A stretch of DNA of 64,000 bases from an uncultured bacterium (GTDB taxonomy: Bacteria; Electryoneota; AABM5-125-24; Hatepunaeales; Hatepunaeaceae), in contig CAYLYZ010000017.1 in assembly GCA_964387885.1 (NCBI GenBank), positions 32-64,031 on the forward strand. Direction: 5' to 3'. Each line of letters starts with the position of its first letter. Position 1 is the first letter of the stretch. Of this stretch, positions 28,787 to 40,184 are shown one piece after another. The notes below the pieces were generated by a model that was given only the letters and a program-made list of their open reading frames with translations, had not been told where the DNA came from and searched no databases. Made by a program: the position numbers and the translations under genes.

Positions 28787-29848
28787 TTACCGCAGTCGTG
28801 AGAATTCACGCGGATCAAAGGCCTGCCTCACAGATTCACCGATAAATACAACCATTAGCAGCGTACAAAACATAGCACCAAGAGGGAATAGAATCAACCA
28901 CCACGTGAAAATGTTAGCCATTCCCTGGTTCACGAGCTCTCCCCATGATGGAGTGGGAGGTTGGAGACCGAAACCGAGATAATCAAGACTGACAAGTGAA
29001 CCAATCCCACCAACAATAGTAAATGGCAGGAACGTAATAATCGGGACAAGTGCATTTGGAAGAATATGTTTGAAGACAATCGTCTTATCGGTTGCCCCCA
29101 TTGCGATAGCTGCGTGAACGTAATCCTTGGATTTTTCACGATAAAACTCACCACGCATAAAATATGTCATTCCGATCCAACTCGTCAGACAGAGCAAGAA
29201 GACAAGGAGAACAAAATCCGGTCTCAGTACAGAGCTAATAATGATAACAATATAGAGCATCGGTATTGATCCCCATATCTCTATAAATCGCTGCATCAGG
29301 ATGTCGTATCTACCACCAAAATAGCCAAGAGACGCTCCGACTGAAACACCAATTAAGTATCCTATAGTGGTCACCAGTAGCGAGAATGAAAGCGAAATAT
29401 TGAATCCGTAGGCAAGTCTCACAAATACGTCACGACCTCTGTCATCAGTGCCAAACCAATGATCTCTCGATGGTGGATTGGGAGGAGTACCTGACGGATC
29501 GGTCAAACTCTCTAATGGTCCAAATGGATACAGTGGCATTAACACCCAATTGTCCTGATTCTCTGTTTCAAACTGCTTCTGTAAATCCCGATAATTTGCT
29601 TCACCGTACAAATCTTGTCCGAATTCCTTTCCCGGATAATAATTCGTGACTGGAAAATAATATTTACCATCGTATTTAACGATTAACGCCTTATGATTAA
29701 AAACCAATGGGCAGAAGAAGGACGCTATGTAAAGCGCAAGTATTACTAAGAAACTATAGTAACCACGCTTGAGGGAACGAAATCTGCGGAGACGTTTTTG
29801 TAAAAGCGATTCAGATTGGTATGTGTTTTTTTGTTTTTTGAGAGCCAT
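28787..29848 (-). CDS. Peptide ABC permease (YejE/OppC-like)
   Basis: HWFGTDDRGRD, FKHILPN, LDYLGFG, PSWGEL. Confidence 0.92.
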   Translation of the reverse strand: MALKKQKNTYQSESLLQKRLRRFRSLKRGYYSFLVILALYIASFFCPLVFNHKALIVKYDGKYYFPVTNYYPGKEFGQDLYGEANYRDLQKQFETENQDNWVLMPLYPFGPLESLTDPSGTPPNPPSRDHWFGTDDRGRDVFVRLAYGFNISLSFSLLVTTIGYLIGVSVGASLGYFGGRYDILMQRFIEIWGSIPMLYIVIIISSVLRPDFVLLVFLLCLTSWIGMTYFMRGEFYREKSKDYVHAAIAMGATDKTIVFKHILPNALVPIITFLPFTIVGGIGSLVSLDYLGFGLQPPTPSWGELVNQGMANIFTWWLILFPLGAMFCTLLMVVFIGESVRQAFDPREFSRLR

Positions 29849-29857
29849 TTATAATTC

Positions 29858-30937
29858 CTATTTAAATCTGATTCGCGGATCAACAATAGCATATACAACG
29901 TCCGAGATGAGATTAGCAATCAGCCTGATAATTCCTCCAACTACCAGAAAACCGAGCGCGATCGGATAATCTCTCGTGAGAATTGCATTGTATCCAAGCA
30001 GACCCATTCCGTTAATGTTAAAGGTCTTTTCGATCAAGAATGACCCGGCGAGAAAAAGACCGATCAAACCTCCAATACCGGTGGCAAGGGGAATCAATGA
30101 ATTCCGCATTGCGTGAACAAAGATTACCCGTTTCTCTGCAAGTCCCTTTGCAAATGCAGTTCGAACATAATCCTGCCCCATGTTCTCCATTAGTGCGTTC
30201 TTCATCATAACTGTCATCATTGCAAAACTGGTGATTGTCCAGGCTATTGCCGGCAAAACCGTATGGTGAACCTTGTCAGTTATCTTGCCCCAGAAACTCA
30301 GACTATCATAGTTTTCGCTTGTAAACTCGCCAAGTGGAAACACATCCCAGAAACTTCCACCACCAAGAAGAACTAACAACACTGCACCTAAAGCCCACCC
30401 TGGTATCGAGTATCCAATAAATACAAGAATGCTCGATGCTGTATCAAACGGTGATCCGTGCTTGATCGCCTTTGCAACACCCAGTGGAATGCAGATGGAA
30501 TAACTGAGAATAACACCAATCAATCCGAAGTAAAGCGAAATTGGTATTCTTTGCTTTATTAAATCCCATACAGGTTCAGCATAGTAATAGGAAGTTCCGA
30601 GGTCTAACTTTATGACATTCCATAGCCAATGGACATAGCGCATATGAATTGGTTTATCCATACCATAGAACTTCTTCATTTCCGCCATGGCTTCTTCAGG
30701 AATCTCCATGCCACCAGTATCAGTTCCACCACCTGAACTCATTCCGGCATCGGAAGTAGCACCTAATTGCCCGGCACCTCCCATACTTGCCATCCCGGAC
30801 CGAAGTTTCATGATTTCCTGTTCGAGAGGTCCTCCCGGAACGATCTGGAGAACAAAGAAGAATATGATCGTGATTCCAAGAAATGTAGGAATCATGAGCA
30901 ATATTCGTCGTATGAAATAACTGGTCAGTCCACCCAT
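29858..30937 (-). CDS. Peptide ABC permease (YejB/OppB-like)
   Basis: RRILLMIPT, VPGGP, DYVRTAFAKG, VDPRI. Confidence 0.92.
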   Translation of the reverse strand: MGGLTSYFIRRILLMIPTFLGITIIFFFVLQIVPGGPLEQEIMKLRSGMASMGGAGQLGATSDAGMSSGGGTDTGGMEIPEEAMAEMKKFYGMDKPIHMRYVHWLWNVIKLDLGTSYYYAEPVWDLIKQRIPISLYFGLIGVILSYSICIPLGVAKAIKHGSPFDTASSILVFIGYSIPGWALGAVLLVLLGGGSFWDVFPLGEFTSENYDSLSFWGKITDKVHHTVLPAIAWTITSFAMMTVMMKNALMENMGQDYVRTAFAKGLAEKRVIFVHAMRNSLIPLATGIGGLIGLFLAGSFLIEKTFNINGMGLLGYNAILTRDYPIALGFLVVGGIIRLIANLISDVVYAIVDPRIRFK

Positions 30938-31001
30938 CTATTGTACCCTTTTATTGCAGAGTTTACTTTTTCTCAACTGAAACGAACTGTGGTTTCTCGA
31001 G

Positions 31002-32960
31002 TTACAATCCCTTGACTTCGTAATTCCGACCATGCTTTTTGTTGTATTCAGGCCAATACATCATCTCAGTCTCACCTACTTCAAGTTGAATACTTTCGTC
31101 CTCTCTTGCCTCATTCATCAATTTCTCTTTCTCAGGATCAATCCACCAGTAAGCGATAATTGAAGCCCAATCACTTGTACGGGTGAAATAGAAATCGGGA
31201 TGTCCGAACTTATTCCAGTACAGAATCCGGTGGAATGGCGCATACCAGGCAAGAGCATAAGGTTGGATATCCATTAGTATACTATCTAATTCACGTATCA
31301 TTTCAACACGTTTGCCAAAATCAAACTCAACATTGTAGTCTTTACAGATTTCGTCTATTCTCTCATTCTTTACGCCGGAAAGATTTGTAGTATTATCCGG
31401 ATCAGCAGTCCAGGAGGACCATGAGCTCTCAGGATTGGGGAAAAACAGACCAGTCCAGGATTGCCAATGTATCTTGAATTTCCTTTCGTTCACCATTTTA
31501 AACATCGTTGGACCGGTTGATTGCCTGATGTTCAATTTAATGCCGACTTTCATTAAATCTTCCTGAAAAACTGTTAAAATTCTCTCCAATCCTTTTGAAC
31601 CAAACATCAAATCAAGCACAAAGACTTCGCCTTTGTCATTAACCAGCAAACCTTCCTGATTCCGGTTTTTCCACCCACATTCTGCTAACAATGCAACTGC
31701 CTTATCCGGATCATACCTGTATTTTGGATTATCGGGGTTCTCATAGACACCGCCGGGATGGTAGCTATCTGTATGTAAATACTCGTTGAAAAATAGTTGG
31801 TCGATGAGTTTTTGGCGGTTCATTAAATATGAGATTGCCTGTCGCATTCGTTTGTCATCAAATGGTGGTTTTCGCATGTTAAACGTCAAGCCCTGAACGC
31901 CTTGTGGGTCATCATTATATATTTTACGTCTCTGAATTGTCCCTTGCTTCACACCTGGAATTTCCGGGACTTCTTCTACCCACCATTGAGCACGACCAAC
32001 TTGATAGAAATCAGTTTCACCTTTCTTGAATCTCTCAAATATCAGGCGTTCATCGGTAACAACTTTGAACTTAAGGAACTCAAAATTATAAGCACTGCCG
32101 TCTTCTGGGTCTTCCTCTTCCCAGTGGTTCCAACGTCGTTTCGCTGTTAATGACCTTCCCTTTATAATTTTGGATTCATCCAGTTCGTAAACTCCACTTC
32201 CAGGAACCATCTTGAACTGGTAGGCTTTCATGTATTCTGAGGCCGTTATATTACCAATGTACTTTGCCGGTAAAATATTCATCCCACCGAAGTAAATGAA
32301 GAATTTCCAGTTAAGCTCCTTACATTTTACACTAACAAGGTAGGGGCTTTCTGCTACGGGTTCTTCATACTTTTCCCATAGAATGTTAGAGTAAGGGGCA
32401 AGAATTCCCGGATCAATCCGGAGTTTCCATGTAGCAATAACATCAGCAGATGTCACTCGACTGCCATCTGAAAATCGTGCATTTGGGTTAATTCTGAAAC
32501 GGAAGGTCATCTTGTCTTCTGAAATCTGCCAGTGAGTTGCCAGAGCCGGAACGATCTCCATTGTCTGGGAGTGTATTCCAGTTAAACTCTCATAGACAAG
32601 GTTTCCCATAATAAACATGAAAGCGCTGTTTGCATCTTTACCAACCGTTCTTAGTGTGGAGGGAAATTCATATAGTGACATTCTAAGCGTTCCACCTTTA
32701 ACAGCACGTTTATCAGCAATTGACAGGGCATCGTCATTGGATAACCAGCCTTCACCGGTAAATCCTTCACCACCCATTTCAGCTGTAACATCAGGCAAAG
32801 CGCCTGGAGGCAATTCTTCGAGGGTTACTTCTGTATTGATGACTTTTTCTTCGGTTGTCTCTGTAGTCTCTTTATCACCACCGCCACAACCAAAAACCAT
32901 AAAACTGATAACTGTAAAAGCAAGTAGTATCCTCAAAAAGAGAGAATCTGATCGGCGCAT
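31002..32960 (-). CDS. Peptide ABC substrate-binding lipoprotein, family 5 (YejA-like)
   Basis: VFGC lipobox; AVKGGTL, ARFSDG, FNMRKPPFDD. Confidence 0.9.
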   Translation of the reverse strand: MRRSDSLFLRILLAFTVISFMVFGCGGGDKETTETTEEKVINTEVTLEELPPGALPDVTAEMGGEGFTGEGWLSNDDALSIADKRAVKGGTLRMSLYEFPSTLRTVGKDANSAFMFIMGNLVYESLTGIHSQTMEIVPALATHWQISEDKMTFRFRINPNARFSDGSRVTSADVIATWKLRIDPGILAPYSNILWEKYEEPVAESPYLVSVKCKELNWKFFIYFGGMNILPAKYIGNITASEYMKAYQFKMVPGSGVYELDESKIIKGRSLTAKRRWNHWEEEDPEDGSAYNFEFLKFKVVTDERLIFERFKKGETDFYQVGRAQWWVEEVPEIPGVKQGTIQRRKIYNDDPQGVQGLTFNMRKPPFDDKRMRQAISYLMNRQKLIDQLFFNEYLHTDSYHPGGVYENPDNPKYRYDPDKAVALLAECGWKNRNQEGLLVNDKGEVFVLDLMFGSKGLERILTVFQEDLMKVGIKLNIRQSTGPTMFKMVNERKFKIHWQSWTGLFFPNPESSWSSWTADPDNTTNLSGVKNERIDEICKDYNVEFDFGKRVEMIRELDSILMDIQPYALAWYAPFHRILYWNKFGHPDFYFTRTSDWASIIAYWWIDPEKEKLMNEAREDESIQLEVGETEMMYWPEYNKKHGRNYEVKGL

Positions 32961-33149
32961 TACCCCTCCTGGTATCCTATATCGAAAGTTAAATTAACAA
33001 ACTTGAATCCTTATCACTCAACCTTCACAAAGGACTATTAATTGAATGATCAAGACTAAGTAAATTAAACAACCTAAGGCTGTGAAACAAGCTTTCTGTA
33101 GGGTAACCGTTCAACCTCGTGATAATAATCTTATTTATCAATTATGGTC

Positions 33150-33779
33150 TTATGGTTTGAAGATAATGGTATCGATTCCACCGAGAGAATCGAGGAGAGT
33201 TCTTTGTTGGATTATTGATTCGATCTGGACTAATCTCATCCTTACTTCAATTTGTTCGGTATCAATAGCATTTGCAGCTTTATACCAGACGTAAGCTGAA
33301 TCAAGATTTCCTCTCAGCAGATGAAAACTCGCATGGTTTTCCAAAATGCTGAAATCCCAGGGTGCCAATTCTGCAGCTTTACTACTGAATTCTAAAGCCT
33401 GATCGATATTGATATCTTTTTGGGCAGGTCCATATTGATAAGCTATTTGACTCAGTTCATAATAGGTACGGGCGTAATCGGGAAACTGTATTACACTGTC
33501 AGTCAGGATTCTGATAGCTGAGGTAGGATCGTCGGAAACTACAGTACGACAATAAGCGAGCCTGACAATCAGCTCAGGATCTTGTTCATTTATCTCAAAC
33601 ACCTTCTCGAGTAAAGGCAATGCATCTTCGTAATTACCCATATCATAAAGCTCGAATCCTTTGATTCGTGCTTCTTCCAGTGAAATCTCACAACCTGTAC
33701 CAAAAAAAACACCGAGTATTAAGATTATTCTTATAATTCTCAAATGATATCTCCAATATTTAATAGAGTCAGATCTCAT
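33150..33779 (-). CDS. TPR-repeat lipoprotein
   Basis: GTGC lipobox; GNYEDALPLLEK and GNLDSAYVWYKAA TPR helices. Confidence 0.7.
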   Translation of the reverse strand: MRSDSIKYWRYHLRIIRIILILGVFFGTGCEISLEEARIKGFELYDMGNYEDALPLLEKVFEINEQDPELIVRLAYCRTVVSDDPTSAIRILTDSVIQFPDYARTYYELSQIAYQYGPAQKDINIDQALEFSSKAAELAPWDFSILENHASFHLLRGNLDSAYVWYKAANAIDTEQIEVRMRLVQIESIIQQRTLLDSLGGIDTIIFKP

Positions 33780-33815
33780 TCTCGCCTGACAGTTAAATTA
33801 TGCATTTCAACTCAA

Positions 33816-33886
33816 TGGGGAGGACGGACATTCCTGTCCGTCTTCGGAGGATCAAGATCAGCGGACAGAAATGTCCGCACTCCCCA
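33816..33886. repeat. TGGGGAG-type REPIN (family C)
   Basis: TGGGGAGGACGGACATTCCTGTCCGTC ... GCGGACAGAAATGTCCGCACTCCCCA; further copies at 37453 and 40283. Confidence 0.8.
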
Positions 33887-33901
33887 GTTTTAGGTAGATT
33901 A

Positions 33902-34741
33902 TCACCCATCCCACCTTCCCGAGGTCGCCTGGTGAATTAATATTCCTGCAGCAACCGACAGATTAAGTGATTCCCCCCGTTTTGCTCCGGGTATCGTTAT
34001 GGAGTGATCTGCAAGTCTCCGGATTTCGGTTTCAATACCGTGAGCTTCACTACCAAGTATTAATATTCTTGATCCAGCTCCGGTTATTTTGACTTCCACA
34101 TTTTCACCGTGAGCATTCGCTGCCCAGATTTTTGCATTATTTGACTTAAATCGCTGAAGTCTATCCGGTAGATTATCAGTTCGAATTACAGGCAATCTGA
34201 ATGTGGCACCCATACTTCCACGCAATACTTTTGGACGGTATGGATCGGCCGAATTTGAGCCTATCCAGAGTTCATCAACTCCAAAATAATCTGCCGTGCG
34301 GATTATTCCCCCGAGGTTACCCGGATCTTGTATTAAGGGCAGAACAACTATCAAAGAAAATGGATCACCGGGATTCCGAAAGATAAAATTGGGCTGCTCA
34401 GCGACAGCAACTATTCCCGGAGGAGTCTCAAGGGCAGTCAGGTCGCGCAGAGTACGTGGAGATATCCGGTGAAACTTTCGAACTCTCTCTTCAAGATGGG
34501 CAGTTAACTCATAATTCGTCGATGCAAAAGCCTCCGTTAACCAAACAGCTTCAATTGGATGATCCGCAGCAATAGCCTCCTCAACCAACTTGATTCCTTC
34601 GAGTAGGATACCCTCGGATCCATCGAGCTTTATCTGACGCAAACCCCAACGGATTAGTTTCTTTTCAAATTTCGTGACTTCAGTTCTGCTTTTTAATTCT
34701 CGAGCAGGTCTATCTGAAGGTCGCTTATTTCCGGGACTCAA
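33902..34741 (-). CDS. TrmH/SpoU family RNA methyltransferase
   Basis: QDPGNLGGIIRTA, ILGSEAHG, ESLNLSVA. Confidence 0.92.
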   Translation of the reverse strand: MSPGNKRPSDRPARELKSRTEVTKFEKKLIRWGLRQIKLDGSEGILLEGIKLVEEAIAADHPIEAVWLTEAFASTNYELTAHLEERVRKFHRISPRTLRDLTALETPPGIVAVAEQPNFIFRNPGDPFSLIVVLPLIQDPGNLGGIIRTADYFGVDELWIGSNSADPYRPKVLRGSMGATFRLPVIRTDNLPDRLQRFKSNNAKIWAANAHGENVEVKITGAGSRILILGSEAHGIETEIRRLADHSITIPGAKRGESLNLSVAAGILIHQATSGRWDG

Positions 34742-34743
34742 TT

Positions 34744-35166
34744 CTAACTATTACCTATTATTTGGATTACAACCCTTCTTTGTCTGGGACGGTTATCAAA
34801 ATCTGCAAGTACAACCTGTTGCCATGTTCCAAGAATTGGCATAGCATCAACAAAAGGAATTGATAGGGAGGGTTTAAACAAAGCAGCAAGAACATGTGAA
34901 AATCCATTTCCATCATGCCATGTATCATTATGAGCATAACGTGCTGATTTTGGAGCAAGTTTTTCACACAATGCCGGAATATCCTTCAGTAGACCGGGTT
35001 CATACTCGATGGTTGTAATTCCTGCTGTTGAACCGGGCACAAATACTGTCAATAATCCTTCTTTAATTCCAGATTTGGCAAGAGCAGAATCTATCTGTCT
35101 ACTTAAATCAATTATATCCGGAAAACCGTTTGTGTTTAAATTGATGATTTCTGTTTTTATCCCCAT
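34744..35166 (-). CDS. yjbQ: YjbQ (UPF0047) family protein
   Basis: PGSTAGITTIEYE, DGNGFSH, LGTWQQV. Confidence 0.9.
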   Translation of the reverse strand: MGIKTEIINLNTNGFPDIIDLSRQIDSALAKSGIKEGLLTVFVPGSTAGITTIEYEPGLLKDIPALCEKLAPKSARYAHNDTWHDGNGFSHVLAALFKPSLSIPFVDAMPILGTWQQVVLADFDNRPRQRRVVIQIIGNS

Positions 35167-35711
35167 ACTGTTTCCTTTTTCATTTCCCCATTCGTCGGAT
35201 ATCTTTTAAGAAGCGATGCTGAAATAATATCTGCCTTCCTTTTTCTCTTGCTCAAGTATTTGTTTTTAAATCGTTGGAATGGATTTTTACCAATTTCTCT
35301 TTCACGTATGTGAACGGTGCATCCATCCACGCTTTTTAAAATATTGATATCCCATCTGCCAATCGGGTGAATTCCATCATCCACGGTTTCGAATGCAATA
35401 TATTGGGGAAATTCGGATTCGACCATCACATAAGATACATTATGGCCGTTCATCTCATACTCTCGCCATGTTGGAAAGCTGTCCGCGTTAGAGGGCGGGA
35501 GCGATACCAAAAACCTGATATCCGATCTCCATTTTGAGTAACCCGCATAATCTGCCAGTAGGTACCAAATTGTGTGTGGTGATTCTTTAAGTTCAATTTC
35601 CCTTGAGATATCGTGTTTTTTTGGTATGTTCATACCTGCTAATCCGACAACCGCAACAGATGCGATTACAAGCAGTGAAATCATCACGAAAAAGATCCAG
35701 ACCTTTCTCAT
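35157..35711 (-). CDS. Membrane-anchored SRPBCC-like protein
   Basis: N-terminal TM; SREIEL..SPHTIWYLLADY..YSKWR; NPFQRF. Confidence 0.65.
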   Translation of the reverse strand: MRKVWIFFVMISLLVIASVAVVGLAGMNIPKKHDISREIELKESPHTIWYLLADYAGYSKWRSDIRFLVSLPPSNADSFPTWREYEMNGHNVSYVMVESEFPQYIAFETVDDGIHPIGRWDINILKSVDGCTVHIREREIGKNPFQRFKNKYLSKRKRKADIISASLLKRYPTNGEMKKETVWG

Positions 35712-35743
35712 GAACCTTCCTTAAAAATTTGTTTTTCGATAAT

Positions 35744-37402
35744 TTACTCCCTCATTGGAATTTTAACTTTAAGACGATGTGCCGTTTCAGCAGCGATGTC
35801 ATATCCGGCATCAACATGCCTGATTACACCTGTACAAGGATCATTCCAGAGCACTCTCTGGAGCCTTTTTGCTGCGTCATCGGACCCGTCTGCGACTATT
35901 ACCTGGCCCGCGTGGAGCGCATAACCTATCCCAACTCCACCACCATGATGATATGACACCCAACTTGCACCGGAAACTGCGTTTACAAGGGCGTTAAGCA
36001 CCGGCCAATCTGCTACAGCATCTGAGCCATCCTTCATGCCTTCCGTTTCCCGATATGGTGAAGCAACAGATCCGCAATCAAGGTGATCGCGTCCGATTAC
36101 TATCGGAGCCTGAAGTTCACCGGATGCAACCATCTCGTTCAGCGCCAGACCAAGTTTATTTCTTTCGCCAAGGCCCAGCCAACAAATTCGTGTCGGCAGA
36201 CCCTGGAATTTGACTTTTTCTCCCGCCATTTTAATCCATCTTGCAAGTGCTTTGTCTTCCGGGAAAAGCTCAAGTACTTTTCGGTCGGTTTTGTAAATGT
36301 CTTCCGGATCACCGGAAATTGCAGCCCATCTGAATGGACCTTTACCGAGACAGAACAACGGTCGAATATATGCTGGTACAAATCCCGGGAAATCAAATGC
36401 TCTTTCAACATTTCCATGTTCGGAAGCCATGGCTCTGAGGTTATTACCATAATCAAACGTTATCGAACCTCGATCCATAAGTTCTATCATCCCGCGAACA
36501 TGAGCAGCCATTGTTGCGTAAGATTCTTTAATATATCTCTTTGGGTCTTTTGCTCGAAGATCCAGAGCCTCAGCGAAGTTGTAGCCAGTTGGTACATATC
36601 CGTTTAACTCATCATGGGCGGAAGTCTGGTCTGTCAAGACTTCCGGGGTTATGTTCCGCTCGATTAACCTATTTAAAAGATCTACCGCATTGCATAGAAC
36701 ACCTATGGAGACTGCTTCACCACCCTCTTTAGCATCAAGAGACCAGTCAATACCTTCATCTATACTCTCTGTGCTGCGATCAAGGTATTTTCCCGTTAAC
36801 CGTCGTTCTATACGTCCCGGATCTATTTCCGCAATCAAAGCAACACCTTCGTTCATGGTCACGGATAGCGGTTGAGCTCCACCCATACCCCCGAGACCGG
36901 CTGTTACGGTTATGGTTCCTTTAAGAGTTGACTTAAACTCCTTTTCGGCAAGAGCCGCAAGAGTTTCATATGTCCCCTGAAGAATGCCCTGTGTTCCGAT
37001 ATAAATCCAGGAACCTGCAGTCATCTGGCCAAACATAATCAAACCCTGTTTCTCGAGCTCTCTGAAATAATCCCAGTTTGCCCAATGAGGCACCAGATTA
37101 GCATTTGCTATTAAGATTCGTGGAGCATCCTTGTGTGTAGGTACTATCCCAACTGGTTTCCCAGACTGAACGAGTAAAGTTTCATCATCTTCAAGACTCA
37201 TAAGGCTTTCGGCAATTGCACCTGCAGCCTCCCAATTCCGTGCAGCTTTCCCCGTTCCTCCGTATACAATTAACTCATCCCGATTTTCAGCAACTTCGGG
37301 ATCCAGATTATTCAGAAACATGCGTAGAGCGGCCTCCTGAATCCAGCCTTTGCAATTCAGCTTCTTGCCGTGTGGAGTTTTCCAGTCTCTAATGTCCATC
37401 AT
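35744..37402 (-). CDS. hutU: Urocanate hydratase
   Basis: [47 protein letters not shown]. Confidence 0.97.
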   Translation of the reverse strand: MMDIRDWKTPHGKKLNCKGWIQEAALRMFLNNLDPEVAENRDELIVYGGTGKAARNWEAAGAIAESLMSLEDDETLLVQSGKPVGIVPTHKDAPRILIANANLVPHWANWDYFRELEKQGLIMFGQMTAGSWIYIGTQGILQGTYETLAALAEKEFKSTLKGTITVTAGLGGMGGAQPLSVTMNEGVALIAEIDPGRIERRLTGKYLDRSTESIDEGIDWSLDAKEGGEAVSIGVLCNAVDLLNRLIERNITPEVLTDQTSAHDELNGYVPTGYNFAEALDLRAKDPKRYIKESYATMAAHVRGMIELMDRGSITFDYGNNLRAMASEHGNVERAFDFPGFVPAYIRPLFCLGKGPFRWAAISGDPEDIYKTDRKVLELFPEDKALARWIKMAGEKVKFQGLPTRICWLGLGERNKLGLALNEMVASGELQAPIVIGRDHLDCGSVASPYRETEGMKDGSDAVADWPVLNALVNAVSGASWVSYHHGGGVGIGYALHAGQVIVADGSDDAAKRLQRVLWNDPCTGVIRHVDAGYDIAAETAHRLKVKIPMRE

Positions 37403-37452
37403 TTCTCCTGCATTAGGTTACAAGTTGTTACAATGTCAAGCAACGTCTTCCC

Positions 37453-37523
37453 GGGTGGACGGACATTCCCGTCCATCTTTTACATGCTTTCATTCATGCG
37501 GACAGGAATGTCCGCACTCCCCA
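37453..37523. repeat. Family C REPIN
   Basis: GGGTGGACGGACATTCCCGTCC ... GCGGACAGGAATGTCCGCACTCCCCA. Confidence 0.78.
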
Positions 37524-37578
37524 TCGATGGGGAGGGTTTGGAATAATAAAACAGCATTTTTCAGTCAGACACCTGTAA

Positions 37579-38478
37579 TCAACCTTTTGACGGATCACTA
37601 ACCGGATTTGTCAATACTCCGATTCCGTCAATCGTGACTTCAACCGTGTCTCCCTCTTGGATTGGTCCTACACCAGAAGGAGTACCGGTAGCAATAATAT
37701 CTCCCACATTCAGGGTAATGTATTTCGTTATTGCTTCAATTAATTCCGGTATTTTCCAGTGCATATCATCTAAAGAGCCGTTCTGCTTGATTTCACCATT
37801 CACCGTAACTCTGATTCTTTTACCATCCAGTGGTTCAGCTTCATCTGGGGTTACAAGCCAGGGACCGATCGGTGCTGAATTGTCCATTGATTTAGCAACA
37901 AACCAGGGCCAGCCATGATCTGCAAGCATGCGTTGATGAGCTCTCGCTGTGACATCATTAACAACCGTATAAGAATGTACATACTTTAGCGCATCCTCTG
38001 CCTTGACACGGCTCACACGTCTGCCGATTACTACCCCCAATTCACCTTCGTGATCGACACGACCAAGTTCTGAAGGTGAAAAAATTGATTCATTCGGTCC
38101 GATGGGACAATTGTCCGTTTTTACAAATATAACGGGATTTTCAGGCAAATTATGACCACCTTCTTTTGCGTGATCTTCCCAGTTCCTCGCAACACAGATC
38201 ACCTTACCGGGACGCAACGGAAGTAATGGATTTATTTTTTTTTCATCTAAAATAAATCGCTTTATCCCTCTGTTCAGAGTACCGAGGTTTTTTCTGATAT
38301 ACTCCGGTTCGAGAGTTCCCCATTTAAGCAGGTGAGTCAGGCAATGATCAGCTTCTAATTCAAGCATTTCAAGACGAATCCCCTGCGATTCTAAAATTGA
38401 GCCATAATCGATCCAACTTTCACCATCATTTATGGCGATGGATGTTTTATCGTTGGAACAAAATCGCATTATTTTCAA
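37579..38478 (-). CDS. Fumarylacetoacetate hydrolase family protein
   Basis: DHEGELGVVIG, NDVTAR, GDIIATGTPSGVG. Confidence 0.92.
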   Translation of the reverse strand: MKIMRFCSNDKTSIAINDGESWIDYGSILESQGIRLEMLELEADHCLTHLLKWGTLEPEYIRKNLGTLNRGIKRFILDEKKINPLLPLRPGKVICVARNWEDHAKEGGHNLPENPVIFVKTDNCPIGPNESIFSPSELGRVDHEGELGVVIGRRVSRVKAEDALKYVHSYTVVNDVTARAHQRMLADHGWPWFVAKSMDNSAPIGPWLVTPDEAEPLDGKRIRVTVNGEIKQNGSLDDMHWKIPELIEAITKYITLNVGDIIATGTPSGVGPIQEGDTVEVTIDGIGVLTNPVSDPSKG

Positions 38479-38505
38479 TTAAGTGTTCTCCAAGGTTTTA
38501 GTAAA

Positions 38506-39168
38506 CTAAAGTTCAAGTTTGTTTTCCCAGACGCAATCTGACCATAACGGACAAGCCTTACATTTCGGGCTTCTTGCTGTGCATATATTGCGACCAAATT
38601 TTAAGAGATTAAGATGAAAAGTGGAAGCCATATTTTCAGGGATTAGGGGCTGAATAGCATAATAGGTCTTCTCAGCCGAAGCAGATTTTTCTACCCAACC
38701 GAGGCGGAGTGAAATTCTGTGAACATGAGTATCCACCGGACATAAATCCCTATCCAATGCAAAAGCCAGAACAACCGCAGCGGTTTTGACACCTATACCT
38801 TTTTGGGATGTCAAGAGTGAGATTGCCTCGTCACTGGACATCTTTCGAATGGGGTCGATGGACAATTCACCAAACATGTCGATAACCCAGTTCAGGATGG
38901 CTTTCATCCGTGCGGATTTTTGTTTTGAGAGTCCCGCTGATTTTATTGCAGCTTCAATCTCTTCAGTTTCAGCGTTTCTAACTTCTTCCCATGTTGGAAA
39001 ACGTCCTCTCAATTTATTATAGGCATTATCCCTGTTTCTGTCGTTGGTATTTTGGGAGAGTAGAGTCAGCATAAGTTCATCCAGAGGTTTTTTTCGCTTC
39101 CAATTTGGAATGCCATACAAATCTTCAAGGACAGAAATTACATTGATAATACTTTTATCTGTGTTCAT
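38506..39168 (-). CDS. nth: Endonuclease III (HhH-GPD, 4Fe-4S)
   Basis: LLSQNT, KGIGVKTA, PVDTHVHR, CTARSPKCKACPLWSDC. Confidence 0.88.
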   Translation of the reverse strand: MNTDKSIINVISVLEDLYGIPNWKRKKPLDELMLTLLSQNTNDRNRDNAYNKLRGRFPTWEEVRNAETEEIEAAIKSAGLSKQKSARMKAILNWVIDMFGELSIDPIRKMSSDEAISLLTSQKGIGVKTAAVVLAFALDRDLCPVDTHVHRISLRLGWVEKSASAEKTYYAIQPLIPENMASTFHLNLLKFGRNICTARSPKCKACPLWSDCVWENKLEL

Positions 39169-39194
39169 CTTTCGTTTTAGTGGTATTGTATTAA

Positions 39195-40184
39195 TTATTT
39201 TCGGTTCAGACAGGCATGCCTTAATTTCTCCGGATCCACAGGAACTGCACCAACCTCTGCAATTACAACTGCAGCTGCCTGTGTGGCAATATCGACTGCT
39301 TCCTCAATTGTTGCACCGCCTGCCAGGGCGGCCATAATGGTCGCAATAACAGTGTCTCCCGCACCTGAGACATCATGTATTTTGGTTGCCTGTGTGGGAA
39401 TGTAATGCAAATTCTCTCCTGAAAAGAGAATCATGCCTTTCGGACCCGCCGTAACCAATAGGTATTCGCATTCAAGTTTTTCCTGAACTTCTCGACCGGC
39501 AATTTCAATCTGTTCATTATTATTCAGATTTCTACCCAGCGCAGACTCAAGCTCTCTGATGTTTGGTTTGAAGATTGTTGCACCGGTGTATTCCCAGAAA
39601 TTATCGAATTTTGGATCCACTCCAACCGGAATATCCTTCGATCTGCACAACTCGATAACATCGTGAATTAATTGGGGAGACAGAACCCCTTTGTTGTAGT
39701 CCTGTAGTATCACCCCATCTATTTTATCAAGATGTTTCTTGAATTTTGCCAGAATTTCATTTGAATCCGCTTTGTCAATATAGGATGCAGTCTCTCGGTC
39801 GATGCGAACTACATGCTGGTTCTGTGCAATTACTCGAGTCTTTACACCGGTTTGCCGTCCTGATAGAGTCATAATCCCATCATCTGAATAACCATTTCGT
39901 TCTAAGAGGCTCCTGAGTAATCCATTTTCCTGATCATCACCCGAAATTCCGAATAGTTTAACATTTGCACCAAGGCTGCCAACATTGGCAGCGACGTTGG
40001 CCGCACCTCCAAGATTTGAAGATTCACCTTCAATCTCTATGATCGGTACCGGTGCTTCCGGTGAAATCCGGTCAACTTTCCCCCAAACATAACGATCAAC
40101 CATCAAGTCACCGACTACGGCAACGGTCTTTTGCTGCATAGTCCGGAAAATATTGTCAAGTTGAGCTGCGTCGAATTTATCCAT
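39195..40184 (-). CDS. rfaE1: D-glycero-beta-D-manno-heptose-7-phosphate kinase (HldE kinase domain)
   Basis: RISPEAPVP, GGAANVA, DYNKG, DVSGAGDT; start moved to MDKFD after the AGAGGA RBS. Confidence 0.92.
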   Translation of the reverse strand: MDKFDAAQLDNIFRTMQQKTVAVVGDLMVDRYVWGKVDRISPEAPVPIIEIEGESSNLGGAANVAANVGSLGANVKLFGISGDDQENGLLRSLLERNGYSDDGIMTLSGRQTGVKTRVIAQNQHVVRIDRETASYIDKADSNEILAKFKKHLDKIDGVILQDYNKGVLSPQLIHDVIELCRSKDIPVGVDPKFDNFWEYTGATIFKPNIRELESALGRNLNNNEQIEIAGREVQEKLECEYLLVTAGPKGMILFSGENLHYIPTQATKIHDVSGAGDTVIATIMAALAGGATIEEAVDIATQAAAVVIAEVGAVPVDPEKLRHACLNRK

